From contig NZ_BCZP01000001.1 in NCBI RefSeq assembly GCF_001598795.1, positions 420,001-452,000 of the forward strand: a stretch of 32,000 nt of DNA, read 5' to 3'. The DNA is from Delftia acidovorans NBRC 14950. Its GTDB lineage: Bacteria; Pseudomonadota; Gammaproteobacteria; Burkholderiales; Burkholderiaceae_C. Below the pieces are notes generated by a model, which was not told the DNA's origin, made no database searches, and worked only from the letters and a program-made list of their open reading frames with translations. Shown one piece after another: positions 7,170 through 16,645 of the stretch (positions are counted from its first letter, which is position 1; each line of letters starts with the position of its first letter). The position numbers were made by a program, and so were the translations under genes.

Positions 7170-8609
7170 ATGCGAGCCCTGCGTTGGAATCGTTGGAAGT
7201 ATCTCGGTCTGCTGGCGGCCACGGGCCTTGCGGCCTGCGGCGGGGGGGACGGTGATGCGCCCGAGGAGACGCGGGCACAGGACGGCCGCAGCTTTGCGCC
7301 GGCCAATCCTTCGGCCACCAGCTTCGACGCGCTGGCCGCCGCTTCGGGCGATGTGGTCGACAACGCCAGCACCAGCCGCTGGGCCGGTGTGCTGGAAGGC
7401 GCGGCCTACCGCATCGAGGTGCCGGCCAACTGGAATGGCCGCCTGGTGATGTATGCCCACGGCTATGCGGGCGAGGGCAGTGCGCTCAACGTCACCAATC
7501 CGTCCATACGCCGCTACCTGATCCAGAACGGCTATGCCTGGGCGGCGTCCAGCTACAGCAAGAACTACTACGACGTGCGCGCCGGCGTGGAGGACACGAA
7601 TGCGCTGGCGCTGGCCTTCAACCGCCTGGCCGCATCCCACGGCCGGCCGCTGGCGCAGCCGCAGCGCCTGTACATCACCGGCCATTCCATGGGCGGCCAT
7701 GTCACGGCGGCTGCCATCGAGGCCGAGGCCCAGGCCACCGCGAGGAACAAGGTGCGCTACCAGGGCGCCGTGCCCATGTGCGGCGTGACGGGAGATACCG
7801 AACTGTTCGACTACTTCGCCGCGGCCCAGGTCACCGCGCAGGCCATGGCCGGCGTGGCCCAGCGCCCTGTCACCGAGTGGGCCGCCATCCAGGGCCAGGT
7901 GACCTCGGCCCTGTTCACCACCTTTCCGTCGGCTCCCACCGCAACGGGGCGCGCCTATCTGTCGGTCATCCAGAACCTCACGGGTGGCCCGCGCCCGCTG
8001 TTCGATCTGGGCGTGGCCGTGGGCGGCTCGTTCGCGCCGGTCTGGGGCGTGTTCGGCAGCGATGGCTCGGTCAACGGCATCCTGAACCGCAACGTGGCCG
8101 ACACCAACCGCTTCACCTACCGCATCGACGGGGATGCCGCGGCCTCGGCCGCGCTCAATGCCACCGCGCAAAAGCGCACGGCCGCGCCCGATGCCAACCG
8201 GCCGCGCCGCGACGGCCTGCGCTGGATTCCCGTGACTTCCGGCGATATCAACATCCCCGTGGTGACCTTGCATACGCTGGGCGATCTGTATGTGCCCTTC
8301 AGCATGGAGCAGATCTACCAGCGCCGCGTGGCCGACAAGGGCCGGAGCCAGTGGCTGGTGCAGCGCGCCATCCGCGGCGCATCGCACTGCGACTTCACCG
8401 TGGCCGAACAGGTGGAAGCCTTCGATGCCATGGTGCAGTGGGAGCAGGGCGGCGCCAAGCCGGGCGGTGACGATGTGCAGACGGCCGCCACGGTGGCCGC
8501 GCCCACCTATGGCTGCCGCTACACGCGCAACACGCTGGGCCCGGATGACAGCACCACCACGCGGCAGTTGCGCGCCGTGATCTCGCAGAACGCGGCAAGC
8601 TGCCCGTAG
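7170..8609 (+). CDS. Alpha/beta-hydrolase-fold lipoprotein (secreted serine hydrolase, substrate unknown)
   Basis: ATG at 7170 follows AAGGAGA (7156-7162); the ORF-track start at 7125 lies upstream. The signal peptide has a lipobox: MRALRWNRWKYLGLLAATGLAAC/GGG. It has the nucleophile elbow GHSMGG, and candidate triad residues in TLGDLYVP and GASHCDF. Confidence 0.75.
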   Translation: MRALRWNRWKYLGLLAATGLAACGGGDGDAPEETRAQDGRSFAPANPSATSFDALAAASGDVVDNASTSRWAGVLEGAAYRIEVPANWNGRLVMYAHGYAGEGSALNVTNPSIRRYLIQNGYAWAASSYSKNYYDVRAGVEDTNALALAFNRLAASHGRPLAQPQRLYITGHSMGGHVTAAAIEAEAQATARNKVRYQGAVPMCGVTGDTELFDYFAAAQVTAQAMAGVAQRPVTEWAAIQGQVTSALFTTFPSAPTATGRAYLSVIQNLTGGPRPLFDLGVAVGGSFAPVWGVFGSDGSVNGILNRNVADTNRFTYRIDGDAAASAALNATAQKRTAAPDANRPRRDGLRWIPVTSGDINIPVVTLHTLGDLYVPFSMEQIYQRRVADKGRSQWLVQRAIRGASHCDFTVAEQVEAFDAMVQWEQGGAKPGGDDVQTAATVAAPTYGCRYTRNTLGPDDSTTTRQLRAVISQNAASCP

Positions 8610-8617
8610 CGCGGAAG

Positions 8618-8636
8618 GCGGCGCAGGCTGCGCCGC
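8618..8636. terminator. GC-rich hairpin filling the 27-nt gap between two convergent hydrolase genes
   Basis: GCGGCGCAG (8618-8626) G CTGCGCCGC (8628-8636). It lies between the TAG at 8607-8609 and the reverse-strand stop at 8637-8639. There is no U-tract, so a terminator role is speculative. Confidence 0.3.
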
Positions 8637-9539
8637 TCAGCGCGGGCTTGCTGGCGCTGTGGGCGCCTGTGCGAGCAGGCGCAGCCCGAACAGCTCGTCC
8701 AGCGCCTGCCGGTATTGCTCCATGGCGCGCGACTGGGTGTTGTGGTGGTTGCCGCCTTCGATGAGCACGAAGCGCTTGGGCTCGCTGGCCGCCTCGAACA
8801 GCTGGCGGCCCAGCGTGGCGGGGATCAGCGGATCGGCGCTGCCGTGCACGACCAGCAGCGGCGAGCCTATGCCGGCCACCTTGTCGATGGAGGCAAAGCG
8901 CTGCGTGATCAGCGGCCCCACGGGCAGCCAGCCCCAGCGGAAGCTGCGGACCACGTCGGGAATGCTGGTGAAGGTGGCCTCGACCATGACGCCGGCCTCA
9001 TCCTGGACGCTGCGCGCCAGGTCGATGGCGATGGCACCGCCCAGCGAATGACCGAAGATGAAGCGCGGCCGGCCCGGAGCGTGCCGGCCCAGCCAGTCCC
9101 AGCCTGCGCGTGCGTCCTCGGCGGCCGATTCCTCGGACGGCAGGCCGGCGCTGCTCTTGCCAAAGCCCCGGTAGTCGATGGCCAGCACCGAAAAGCCCAG
9201 TTCGTGCAGCCGCCGGATGCGCGGCGAGGAGCCGGCAACGTTCCAGCGCGCGCCATGCAGGTACAGCAGCACGGGGGCGTTGCCGGCCGTGGCCGGCTGG
9301 GGCAGCCACAGCGCATGCAGGCGGGCGCCGTCCTGCGCTGGCATGTCGATCCAGACATCTTCCATGCCGGCCGTGTTGGCGCCGGGCCAGCTGCGGTCGC
9401 TGGGCTGGAAGATCCATTCGCGCTGCTTGGTGTCCAGCACGGAGCAGCCGCTGGCCGCCAGCAGCGCCGCCACGCCCAGCGCCGCCGTGATCCGGTGCAG
9501 GCGCCTTCGGGGCCACAGAAAGGGAAGCATTGAGGGCAT
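8637..9539 (-). CDS. Alpha/beta hydrolase lipoprotein (Bem46/ABHD-like serine hydrolase)
   Basis: ORF track 8637..9647. The internal ATG at 9539 gives MPSMLPFLWPRRRLHRITAALGVAALLAASGC/S (signal peptide plus lipobox). It has the nucleophile motif GHSLGG, HGARWN near the oxyanion region, and VVHGSADPLIP plus GGNHHN as the acid/His region. Confidence 0.8.
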   Translation of the reverse strand: MPSMLPFLWPRRRLHRITAALGVAALLAASGCSVLDTKQREWIFQPSDRSWPGANTAGMEDVWIDMPAQDGARLHALWLPQPATAGNAPVLLYLHGARWNVAGSSPRIRRLHELGFSVLAIDYRGFGKSSAGLPSEESAAEDARAGWDWLGRHAPGRPRFIFGHSLGGAIAIDLARSVQDEAGVMVEATFTSIPDVVRSFRWGWLPVGPLITQRFASIDKVAGIGSPLLVVHGSADPLIPATLGRQLFEAASEPKRFVLIEGGNHHNTQSRAMEQYRQALDELFGLRLLAQAPTAPASPR

Positions 9540-9688
9540 GACGCAACAATGGATGCACGGGCCGGCCAAAAGTTCAGCGCCGCTGCCCTGCGGGCCGGCG
9601 CTGTCATGGATTGGCGCTATTCTTGCCGCTGGTTCGCGGGCCGACAAGGCGATGCGGACCTCTCCCTACTGTTGATGAGTGAACCTGT

Positions 9689-10561
9689 ATGCCGATACGC
9701 CTGGGCCTGGCCGCCAACCGAATCCACCACCAAACCGAGGATGCCGCACTGTTCGGCTGGCTGCGCGCCTGCGAGTCCGGCATCCGCGAGCTGCAGCTGG
9801 GCCTGCATGCCGTGGGCCGTACCTTCGACGCCATCCAGGCCGCCGGCATGCTGGCGTCCTACCGGGGCCTGCGCCGCTATCCCTATGGCCGCGAAGGCGG
9901 GCTGATGAAGCTGGTGGCCGAGGTGGTGGGCGTGGAAGGCGACGAGCGCACGATTGACGGCGCCATTTATCTGACCGACCCGGTTGATCCGTCCTCCATC
10001 TTCCCCGAGGCCGTGGCGCTCAAGCGCCAATGCGTGATCCACGGCAAGCCCTTCCTGTCCACCGTGGCCTCGGCGCGCGACTGGATCGAGATGGAGCGCA
10101 TCCATGCCGGCCTTCCCAGGGATGCGGGCGCACAGCGCTTCCATGACTATGCGCAGCAGACGCTGGCGCTGATCGCCCACGATGCGCTCAAGCCCACCAT
10201 GCTGGACTTCGCGGCGCGCAACTTCGAGCTGCTGTCGCGCTTTGGCCGGCGCGTGGGCACGGGAACCACGGGCCAGAGGCTCAACGAAATGGCCTGGAGC
10301 CGTGGCTGGCCCGAGGACCGGCCCTGGGTGGACCGCTACAACAGCGGCCCGCTGGGCGGCGATGCGCAGATCGCCGACCTGGTGCTGGACCGCCGCTGCC
10401 AGCGCGTGATCTTCTTCGAGGACCCGCATGTGGCGCGCCAGCACGAGGCCGACATCCAGCTGCTGGAGCGCGCCGTGACCACGGTGACGCACGACACGGT
10501 CTGCACCACTTCTCCGGCCGTGGCGCAGCGCTGGTGCGATTCGGCCTTGATGCGCCGCTGA
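9689..10561 (+). CDS. Methylglyoxal synthase-like protein with tandem MGS-like domains (degenerate N-half, canonical C-half)
   Basis: The C-half matches the E. coli MgsA signature blocks: LALIAHDALK (vs IALVAHDHCK), GTGTTG (ATGTTG), SGPLGGDAQIADLV (SGPMGGDQQVGALI), VIFFEDPHVARQHEADIQLLERA ([23 protein letters not shown]). The N-half repeats the same block order but has lost the catalytic residues (LGLAANRIHH, AVGRTF, YGREGGLMKL, AIYLTDPVDPSSIFPEAVALKR). Confidence 0.75.
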   Translation: MPIRLGLAANRIHHQTEDAALFGWLRACESGIRELQLGLHAVGRTFDAIQAAGMLASYRGLRRYPYGREGGLMKLVAEVVGVEGDERTIDGAIYLTDPVDPSSIFPEAVALKRQCVIHGKPFLSTVASARDWIEMERIHAGLPRDAGAQRFHDYAQQTLALIAHDALKPTMLDFAARNFELLSRFGRRVGTGTTGQRLNEMAWSRGWPEDRPWVDRYNSGPLGGDAQIADLVLDRRCQRVIFFEDPHVARQHEADIQLLERAVTTVTHDTVCTTSPAVAQRWCDSALMRR

Positions 10562-10670
10562 AACCTTCGTCGCGCAGACGACAGCCTTGCGGCCTGCGGG
10601 CGGGCGAACACCCGTGACCAGCCGAGGGCTTTCTGCAAGACTGGCCGTTTCCAAAACCAAGGAGACAACG

Positions 10671-12005
10671 ATGGTCAGTCCGCTCTTTCGGCGTTCCCGG
10701 CATGCCATGGCCCTGCTGGCCCTGCTGGCGCTACAGCCCGGCTGGGTGGCGGCCCAGGCACAGGCCCCCGCAGCGCCCGCGCTGCCGCCGCCCGACAGCG
10801 TGCGCCTGGAGCAACTGGGGCTGATGCAGGGCTTTCCTCCGGCCGCAGACAAGCGTGTGGATGTGTCCAACGGCTACCGCTATCCGCAACTGCGCTGGGT
10901 GGTGCAGCACCTGCGCGAAATACAGCCCACGCAGAACATCCGGCGCGGCGCGGCGGCGCCCTCGGCCCTGCCCGAAGCGCCCATGGCCCTGGGCGGCCTG
11001 CGCTTTGACGACGACAAGGGCCAACCCGTCACCGTGGACCAGTGGCTGGACCGCACCTATACCGACGCCATCGTGGTGCTGCACAAGGGGCGGGTGGTCT
11101 TCGAGCGCTACCAGAACCAGATGCAGGCCAGCTCGCCGCACCTGCTGTTCTCGGTCACCAAATCGTTCACCGGCCTGATGGCCGCGCAACTGGCCCACGA
11201 AGGGCGCATCGACCCCCAGGCGCTGGTGATGAAGTACGTGCCTGAGCTGGAAGGCTCGGCCTGGGGCGACATGACGGTGCGCCAGATCATGGACATGACG
11301 GGCGCCGTGCGCTTTCGCGAGGACTACACCGACCCCAAGACCGAGATCTTCGGCTACTCCTGGGCCTCGGGCATGCTGCCGCGTCCGCCCGGCTACGCGG
11401 GGCCGACCAATGTCTACGACTTTCTCAAGACCCTGCCCAAGGAGGGCACCCACGGCGAGGGCTTTGTCTACCGCACCGTGCATTCCGAGGTGCTGGGCTG
11501 GATCGTCTCGCGCGTCACGGGCCGGCGCTGGAGCGATCTCATGAGCGAGAACATCTGGCAGAAGCTGGGCATGCAGGAAGACGCCTATGTGATGGTGGAC
11601 AGCACCGGCACGCCGCTGCAGGGCGCGGGCCTGAACGCCACGGCGCGTGACCTGGCGCGCGTGGGCGAGATGCTGCGCCTGGGCGGCAGCTTCAACGGCC
11701 ACAAGATCTTCGACAAGGCGGTGCTGGACGACATTGCGCGCGGCGGCGACCGCGAGCAGTTCAAGTTCCGCGGCATCCAGGCCGCGCGGCCCGGCTACAG
11801 CTACCGCAACCAATGGTGGGTGCTGCACAACGCCGATGGCGCCTACGAGGCCGCCGGCATACACGGCCAGTTCATCCACGTGAACCCGGCCGCGCAGATG
11901 GTGGTGGTCAAGCTGTCATCGCACCCGGTGGCGGGCGCGGCCTTCACGCATGCGCTGACGCTCAAGGCCTGGGCGGCGCTGGCCGATGCGGTGCGCGACA
12001 GGTAG
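10671..12005 (+). CDS. Serine hydrolase of the beta-lactamase/transpeptidase-like (class C / esterase EstB-like) family, secreted
   Basis: ATG at 10671 follows AAGGAGA (10659-10665). Signal peptide MVSPLFRRSRHAMALLALLALQPGWVAAQA. It has the S-x-x-K active-site motif in LLFSVTKSFTG. The length of 444 aa is typical for the family. Confidence 0.85.
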   Translation: MVSPLFRRSRHAMALLALLALQPGWVAAQAQAPAAPALPPPDSVRLEQLGLMQGFPPAADKRVDVSNGYRYPQLRWVVQHLREIQPTQNIRRGAAAPSALPEAPMALGGLRFDDDKGQPVTVDQWLDRTYTDAIVVLHKGRVVFERYQNQMQASSPHLLFSVTKSFTGLMAAQLAHEGRIDPQALVMKYVPELEGSAWGDMTVRQIMDMTGAVRFREDYTDPKTEIFGYSWASGMLPRPPGYAGPTNVYDFLKTLPKEGTHGEGFVYRTVHSEVLGWIVSRVTGRRWSDLMSENIWQKLGMQEDAYVMVDSTGTPLQGAGLNATARDLARVGEMLRLGGSFNGHKIFDKAVLDDIARGGDREQFKFRGIQAARPGYSYRNQWWVLHNADGAYEAAGIHGQFIHVNPAAQMVVVKLSSHPVAGAAFTHALTLKAWAALADAVRDR

Positions 12006-12038
12006 CAGTAACAGGTAGCAGGAACAGGTCGCAGGCAG
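12000..12038. repeat. Three imperfect tandem copies of a 13-nt unit overlapping the hydrolase stop codon
   Basis: AGGTAGCAGTAAC (12000-12012), AGGTAGCAGGAAC (12013-12025), AGGTCGCAGGCAG (12026-12038). Confidence 0.6.
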
Positions 12039-12039
12039 G

Positions 12040-12069
12040 AAAAAAGGCAGCGTGCGCAAACACGTTGCC
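12040..12069 (-). terminator. Rho-independent terminator for the IPTL-CTERM gene (reverse strand)
   Basis: The reverse strand reads GGCAACGTG-TTTGCG-CACGCTGCC followed by TTTTTT (plus-strand A-run 12040-12045, stem arms 12046-12054 and 12061-12069, one mismatch). Confidence 0.55.
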
Positions 12070-12135
12070 TTCTGCCCGTGGGCAGGCCGGGCCGGTTTCT
12101 GACCACCTGGGACGGCCCGCAATGGAGCACGCGCG

Positions 12136-13674
12136 TCAGACCTGGCGGCGCCGCATCCGGGTCATGCCGAACAGGGCCAGCAGGGCCGACATGGCTATCA
12201 GGCACCACTGCGACAGGGTGGGCACTGCGGTGGTGGTGGCGGCTGCCGCAGGCATGGCCACGACCACGGGGTCGAGGATGGCGCCGTCCTGTGCTCCGTC
12301 ATCGTCGCCATCGCCGCCGTCCGTGACGGTGTAGCTGGCAGTGCCAGCATTGAAGCTGGAAATCTTCACCCACTGGGCAGGCGTTGCCAGCGGCTTCCAT
12401 TTCAGCAGAACGGCACCTGCGGGCACGTCTGCATGCGTCACCTGCATGGTCAGCGTGTCGCCGACGGTGCAGTCCCGGGTCTCAAACTCCAGCACGGGCC
12501 TGGGCATGTCGGGCACGGCCGTGAAGCCGGCGGGCAAGGGGCCGGGCAGGGCGCTGGTGAATGCGACATGGCGGAAGGTGCAGGTGCCATTGGGCTGGCC
12601 TTGCGTGAACTGTGTCCTGCTCGTTCCATCGGCGTGCTGTGTGAGGCCGAGAACAGTCACGGAGACGGTGCCGGTTGCGGCTGCGTAGTTCAATGGATCG
12701 CTGCTGGCCTTGGTCCCCCGTACGACGCAGGTGCCGGTGGCCGTGCCGGTCAGCTGGTTGCCGCTGACCGTGCATGGCCCGCTCAGGAGCTGGAAGGCGG
12801 GGACGGCATTGCCTATGCCGCCGCTCAGGGCCAGGGTGGTGGTTTCGCCCACGGCGACGGCTGTCGGCGTCGCGGTCACGGTGGCTGCCTGGGGCTCGGG
12901 GATCTTGATGGGATTGAGCGTGTAGCTGCGGTCCAGCGTATTGGCTTTGCTGTCGGTGACCCGGATCGTGAACGAGGTGCTGCCTGCGGCTGTGGGCGTG
13001 CCGCTGATCGTGCCTGTGGCGGGGTCCAGTTCAAGTCCTGCAGGCAGCGCTCCGCTTTGCAGTGCAAACGTGTAGGGTGCGCCCAGGCCGCCGGTTGCCG
13101 TCAGCGTCCGGGAGTACAGGCTGCCGACCTGGGGGCTGGGCAAGGTCGCGGGGCTGATGCTCAGGGGAATGAAGGGCTCGACGGAAACGGACTGCAGGTC
13201 CACGCCCACGATGTCGGTGGCCGAGAAAGTGATCTTCACGGCGCCGCTGTTGGTGATGGGCTCGTCCAGCGTGATGGTGGAGATGCCCACAGGCGCCGTC
13301 TTGCTGTACGTCACGGCGCCCGATGTGATGGTCAGTGGCAACGGATTGGCCGTGCCGTTGCGCATCACGAATGATTGGAAATTGATCTTTCCGGAGAGAG
13401 CCGTCACGGACCAGGAGGCAAAGGGATAGGCCGTGCCGCTGATGCGAAAGCTCATCCAGCCGCTGCTGTCGGTTCCGCAGCGGATGACGCCACTGGTCAT
13501 CTGTGCAGAGAAAAGATAGCTGGACGATGAAGGCGTCGTGTCAGTCGTGGATATGCAGTAGCCGTTGGCATCCAGATTGGGTTTGAAGCCGAGGGATTCA
13601 TAGGCGAAGGCATTGCCCAGCGACAGGGCAGCGGCGCCGACGAGCAGCGCTTTGGTGATGGGTCCAGGGAGCAT
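12136..13674 (-). CDS. IPTL-CTERM sorting-domain surface protein with Ig-like (putative Ig / He_PIG-type) repeats
   Basis: Signal peptide MLPGPITKALLVGAAALSLGNAFA/YE. Central block LPSPQVGSLYSRTLTATGGLGAPYTFALQSGALPAGLELDPATGTISGTPTAAGSTSFTIRVTDS is typical of 'putative Ig' domains. Acidic DGGDGDDDGAQDGAILDP block. The C-terminal sorting signal is VPTLSQWCLIAMSALLALFGMTRMRRRQV (IPTL-like motif + TM helix + Arg cluster). Confidence 0.8.
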   Translation of the reverse strand: MLPGPITKALLVGAAALSLGNAFAYESLGFKPNLDANGYCISTTDTTPSSSSYLFSAQMTSGVIRCGTDSSGWMSFRISGTAYPFASWSVTALSGKINFQSFVMRNGTANPLPLTITSGAVTYSKTAPVGISTITLDEPITNSGAVKITFSATDIVGVDLQSVSVEPFIPLSISPATLPSPQVGSLYSRTLTATGGLGAPYTFALQSGALPAGLELDPATGTISGTPTAAGSTSFTIRVTDSKANTLDRSYTLNPIKIPEPQAATVTATPTAVAVGETTTLALSGGIGNAVPAFQLLSGPCTVSGNQLTGTATGTCVVRGTKASSDPLNYAAATGTVSVTVLGLTQHADGTSRTQFTQGQPNGTCTFRHVAFTSALPGPLPAGFTAVPDMPRPVLEFETRDCTVGDTLTMQVTHADVPAGAVLLKWKPLATPAQWVKISSFNAGTASYTVTDGGDGDDDGAQDGAILDPVVVAMPAAAATTTAVPTLSQWCLIAMSALLALFGMTRMRRRQV

Positions 13675-13801
13675 GGGGAACGGGGGTGGAGACAGGGCGC
13701 GCTGAGTGTCCTCTCCCGTTGGCCGGCGAATCTGAGCAATTCTGAGAATTGGCTTTCAATGGCGAAGGCCGTCGCGCTTTCTGTGGTGCGGGCCAGCCAT
13801 G

Positions 13802-13832
13802 AAAAAAGCCCATGCAGCAGGCTGCATGGGCT
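13802..13832 (-). terminator. Rho-independent terminator for gdhA (reverse strand)
   Basis: Palindrome AGCCCATGCAG...CTGCATGGGCT (13807-13832), preceded on the plus strand by AAAAAA (13802-13807). This reads as a T-run after the hairpin on the reverse strand, about 30 nt after the gdhA stop. Confidence 0.7.
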
Positions 13833-13859
13833 TTCGTCAGGGATGGGGAGCGCTGATGC

Positions 13860-15257
<1,398 letters not shown>

Positions 15258-15555
15258 TTATGCCAAAAAGTTATGCCGTCATGCATCGTTTTGGTGAACG
15301 GTGCCCGTGCTTGGTGCCTGAATGCCGTTTTTCGGTGCATTTCCAGAGAGGTGCTGGCGGTATTTGGTGCATGGGCAGGGCCTGCGTGCCGCAGTGAGCG
15401 GGCAGGCTGCGGCCTGGATCAGCCGTATCCGGTGGCGTGCATGGTCATGGCGAATGGGAATGGCTGGCGCCATGCCAACTGACATGAAGAGTGGCTAGGA
15501 AGGCCTTGCAGCCGGACGGGGCTTGGGCCCGCCCGGCCATCCCATCGCCGGCCTT

Positions 15556-16470
15556 TCAGCTGCGCTGCAGCTGGGGATGGCGCGCGAACAGGTCGGCCGC
15601 CCAGTCCACGAAGGCCCGCACCTTGGCGCTGAGGTGGCGGTTGGGCGGATAGACCACGTGAATGGGCAGCGGCGGCTGGGTCCATTCGGGCAGGACCTCG
15701 ACCAGTTCGCCGCTGTCGATCAGCGGCTGGGCAAAGGCCGTGACCAGCTGCGCGATGCCGAAGCCCGCCAGCACGGCGGCCGTGTAGGCATTGCTGTCGT
15801 TGGCCGCGATGCGGTAGTTGCCTGCCACCTCGATGGATTCATCGCCCCGCTGGAATTCCAGCGGGTACATGCGCCGCGTATGGCCTGAGAAGAAGGCGAC
15901 GATCTGGTGCTTCGTATCCAGCTCGGAAGGATGCTGGGGCACGCCATGGCGTGCCAGGTAGGCAGGCGAGGCCACGGTGACCCAGTTCATCGAGCCGATG
16001 CGCCGCGCCACCAGGGATTGGTCGCTGAGCTCGCCCCCGCGGATCACGCAGTCCACGTTGTCGCTGATCAGGTCCACCAGGCGGTCGCCCACGCCCAGGT
16101 CGATCTGTATGTCGGGGTAGCGTTCGCAGAATTCGGTCAGCGCCGGAATGATGATCAGCCGGGCCATGGAGCTGCCCACGTCCAGCCGCAGTCGCCCGCT
16201 GGGCGCGGTCTGGGTGTTGACCATGCTGGCTTCGAGATCGTCGAAGTCATTGAGCAGGCGTGCCGCGCGTTCGTAGTAGGCCGCGCCATCGGGCGTGACG
16301 GTGACGCGCCGCGTCGTGCGGTTGAGCAGCTTGACGCGCACGCGCGCCTCCAGCGCCTGTATCTGTTTGGTGACCGTGCCCTTGGGCAGGTCGAGCGAAT
16401 CGGCGGCGCGGGTGAAGTTGCCGGCTTCCACCACGCGAACGAAGACACGCATGGCCTGGATCTGGTCCAT
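15556..16470 (-). CDS. LysR-family transcriptional regulator
   Basis: N-terminal wHTH MDQIQAMRVFVRVVEAGNFTRAADSLDLPKGTVTKQIQALEARVRVKLLNRTTRRVTVTPDG plus a LysR substrate-binding domain. It is divergent from the hydrolase-like gene/RND operon. Confidence 0.9.
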   Translation of the reverse strand: MDQIQAMRVFVRVVEAGNFTRAADSLDLPKGTVTKQIQALEARVRVKLLNRTTRRVTVTPDGAAYYERAARLLNDFDDLEASMVNTQTAPSGRLRLDVGSSMARLIIIPALTEFCERYPDIQIDLGVGDRLVDLISDNVDCVIRGGELSDQSLVARRIGSMNWVTVASPAYLARHGVPQHPSELDTKHQIVAFFSGHTRRMYPLEFQRGDESIEVAGNYRIAANDSNAYTAAVLAGFGIAQLVTAFAQPLIDSGELVEVLPEWTQPPLPIHVVYPPNRHLSAKVRAFVDWAADLFARHPQLQRS

Positions 16471-16645
16471 GGAAAGTTGCTCCTGCAGCGCCCGGCAAGG
16501 GAATGCCGGCTCGGCGGAATTCTCACATGCGCGGTATCGGGCGATTGTTCGTGAAACGGAAACAGAGCGATGGCTGCGTTGCTATTTCAGACATGGCCGG
16601 CGCCGCCTATATTCCAACCATCGACCATTGCCGCAGGTTCGCGCC

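Noticed and set aside
16295-16645. The upstream 117 codons of ORF 16295..17506, which overlap the LysR gene 15556..16470.
   Set aside because: This part has no protein-like sequence and overlaps the LysR HTH region on the opposite strand. The ATG at 16646 gives a normal alpha/beta-hydrolase N-terminus.
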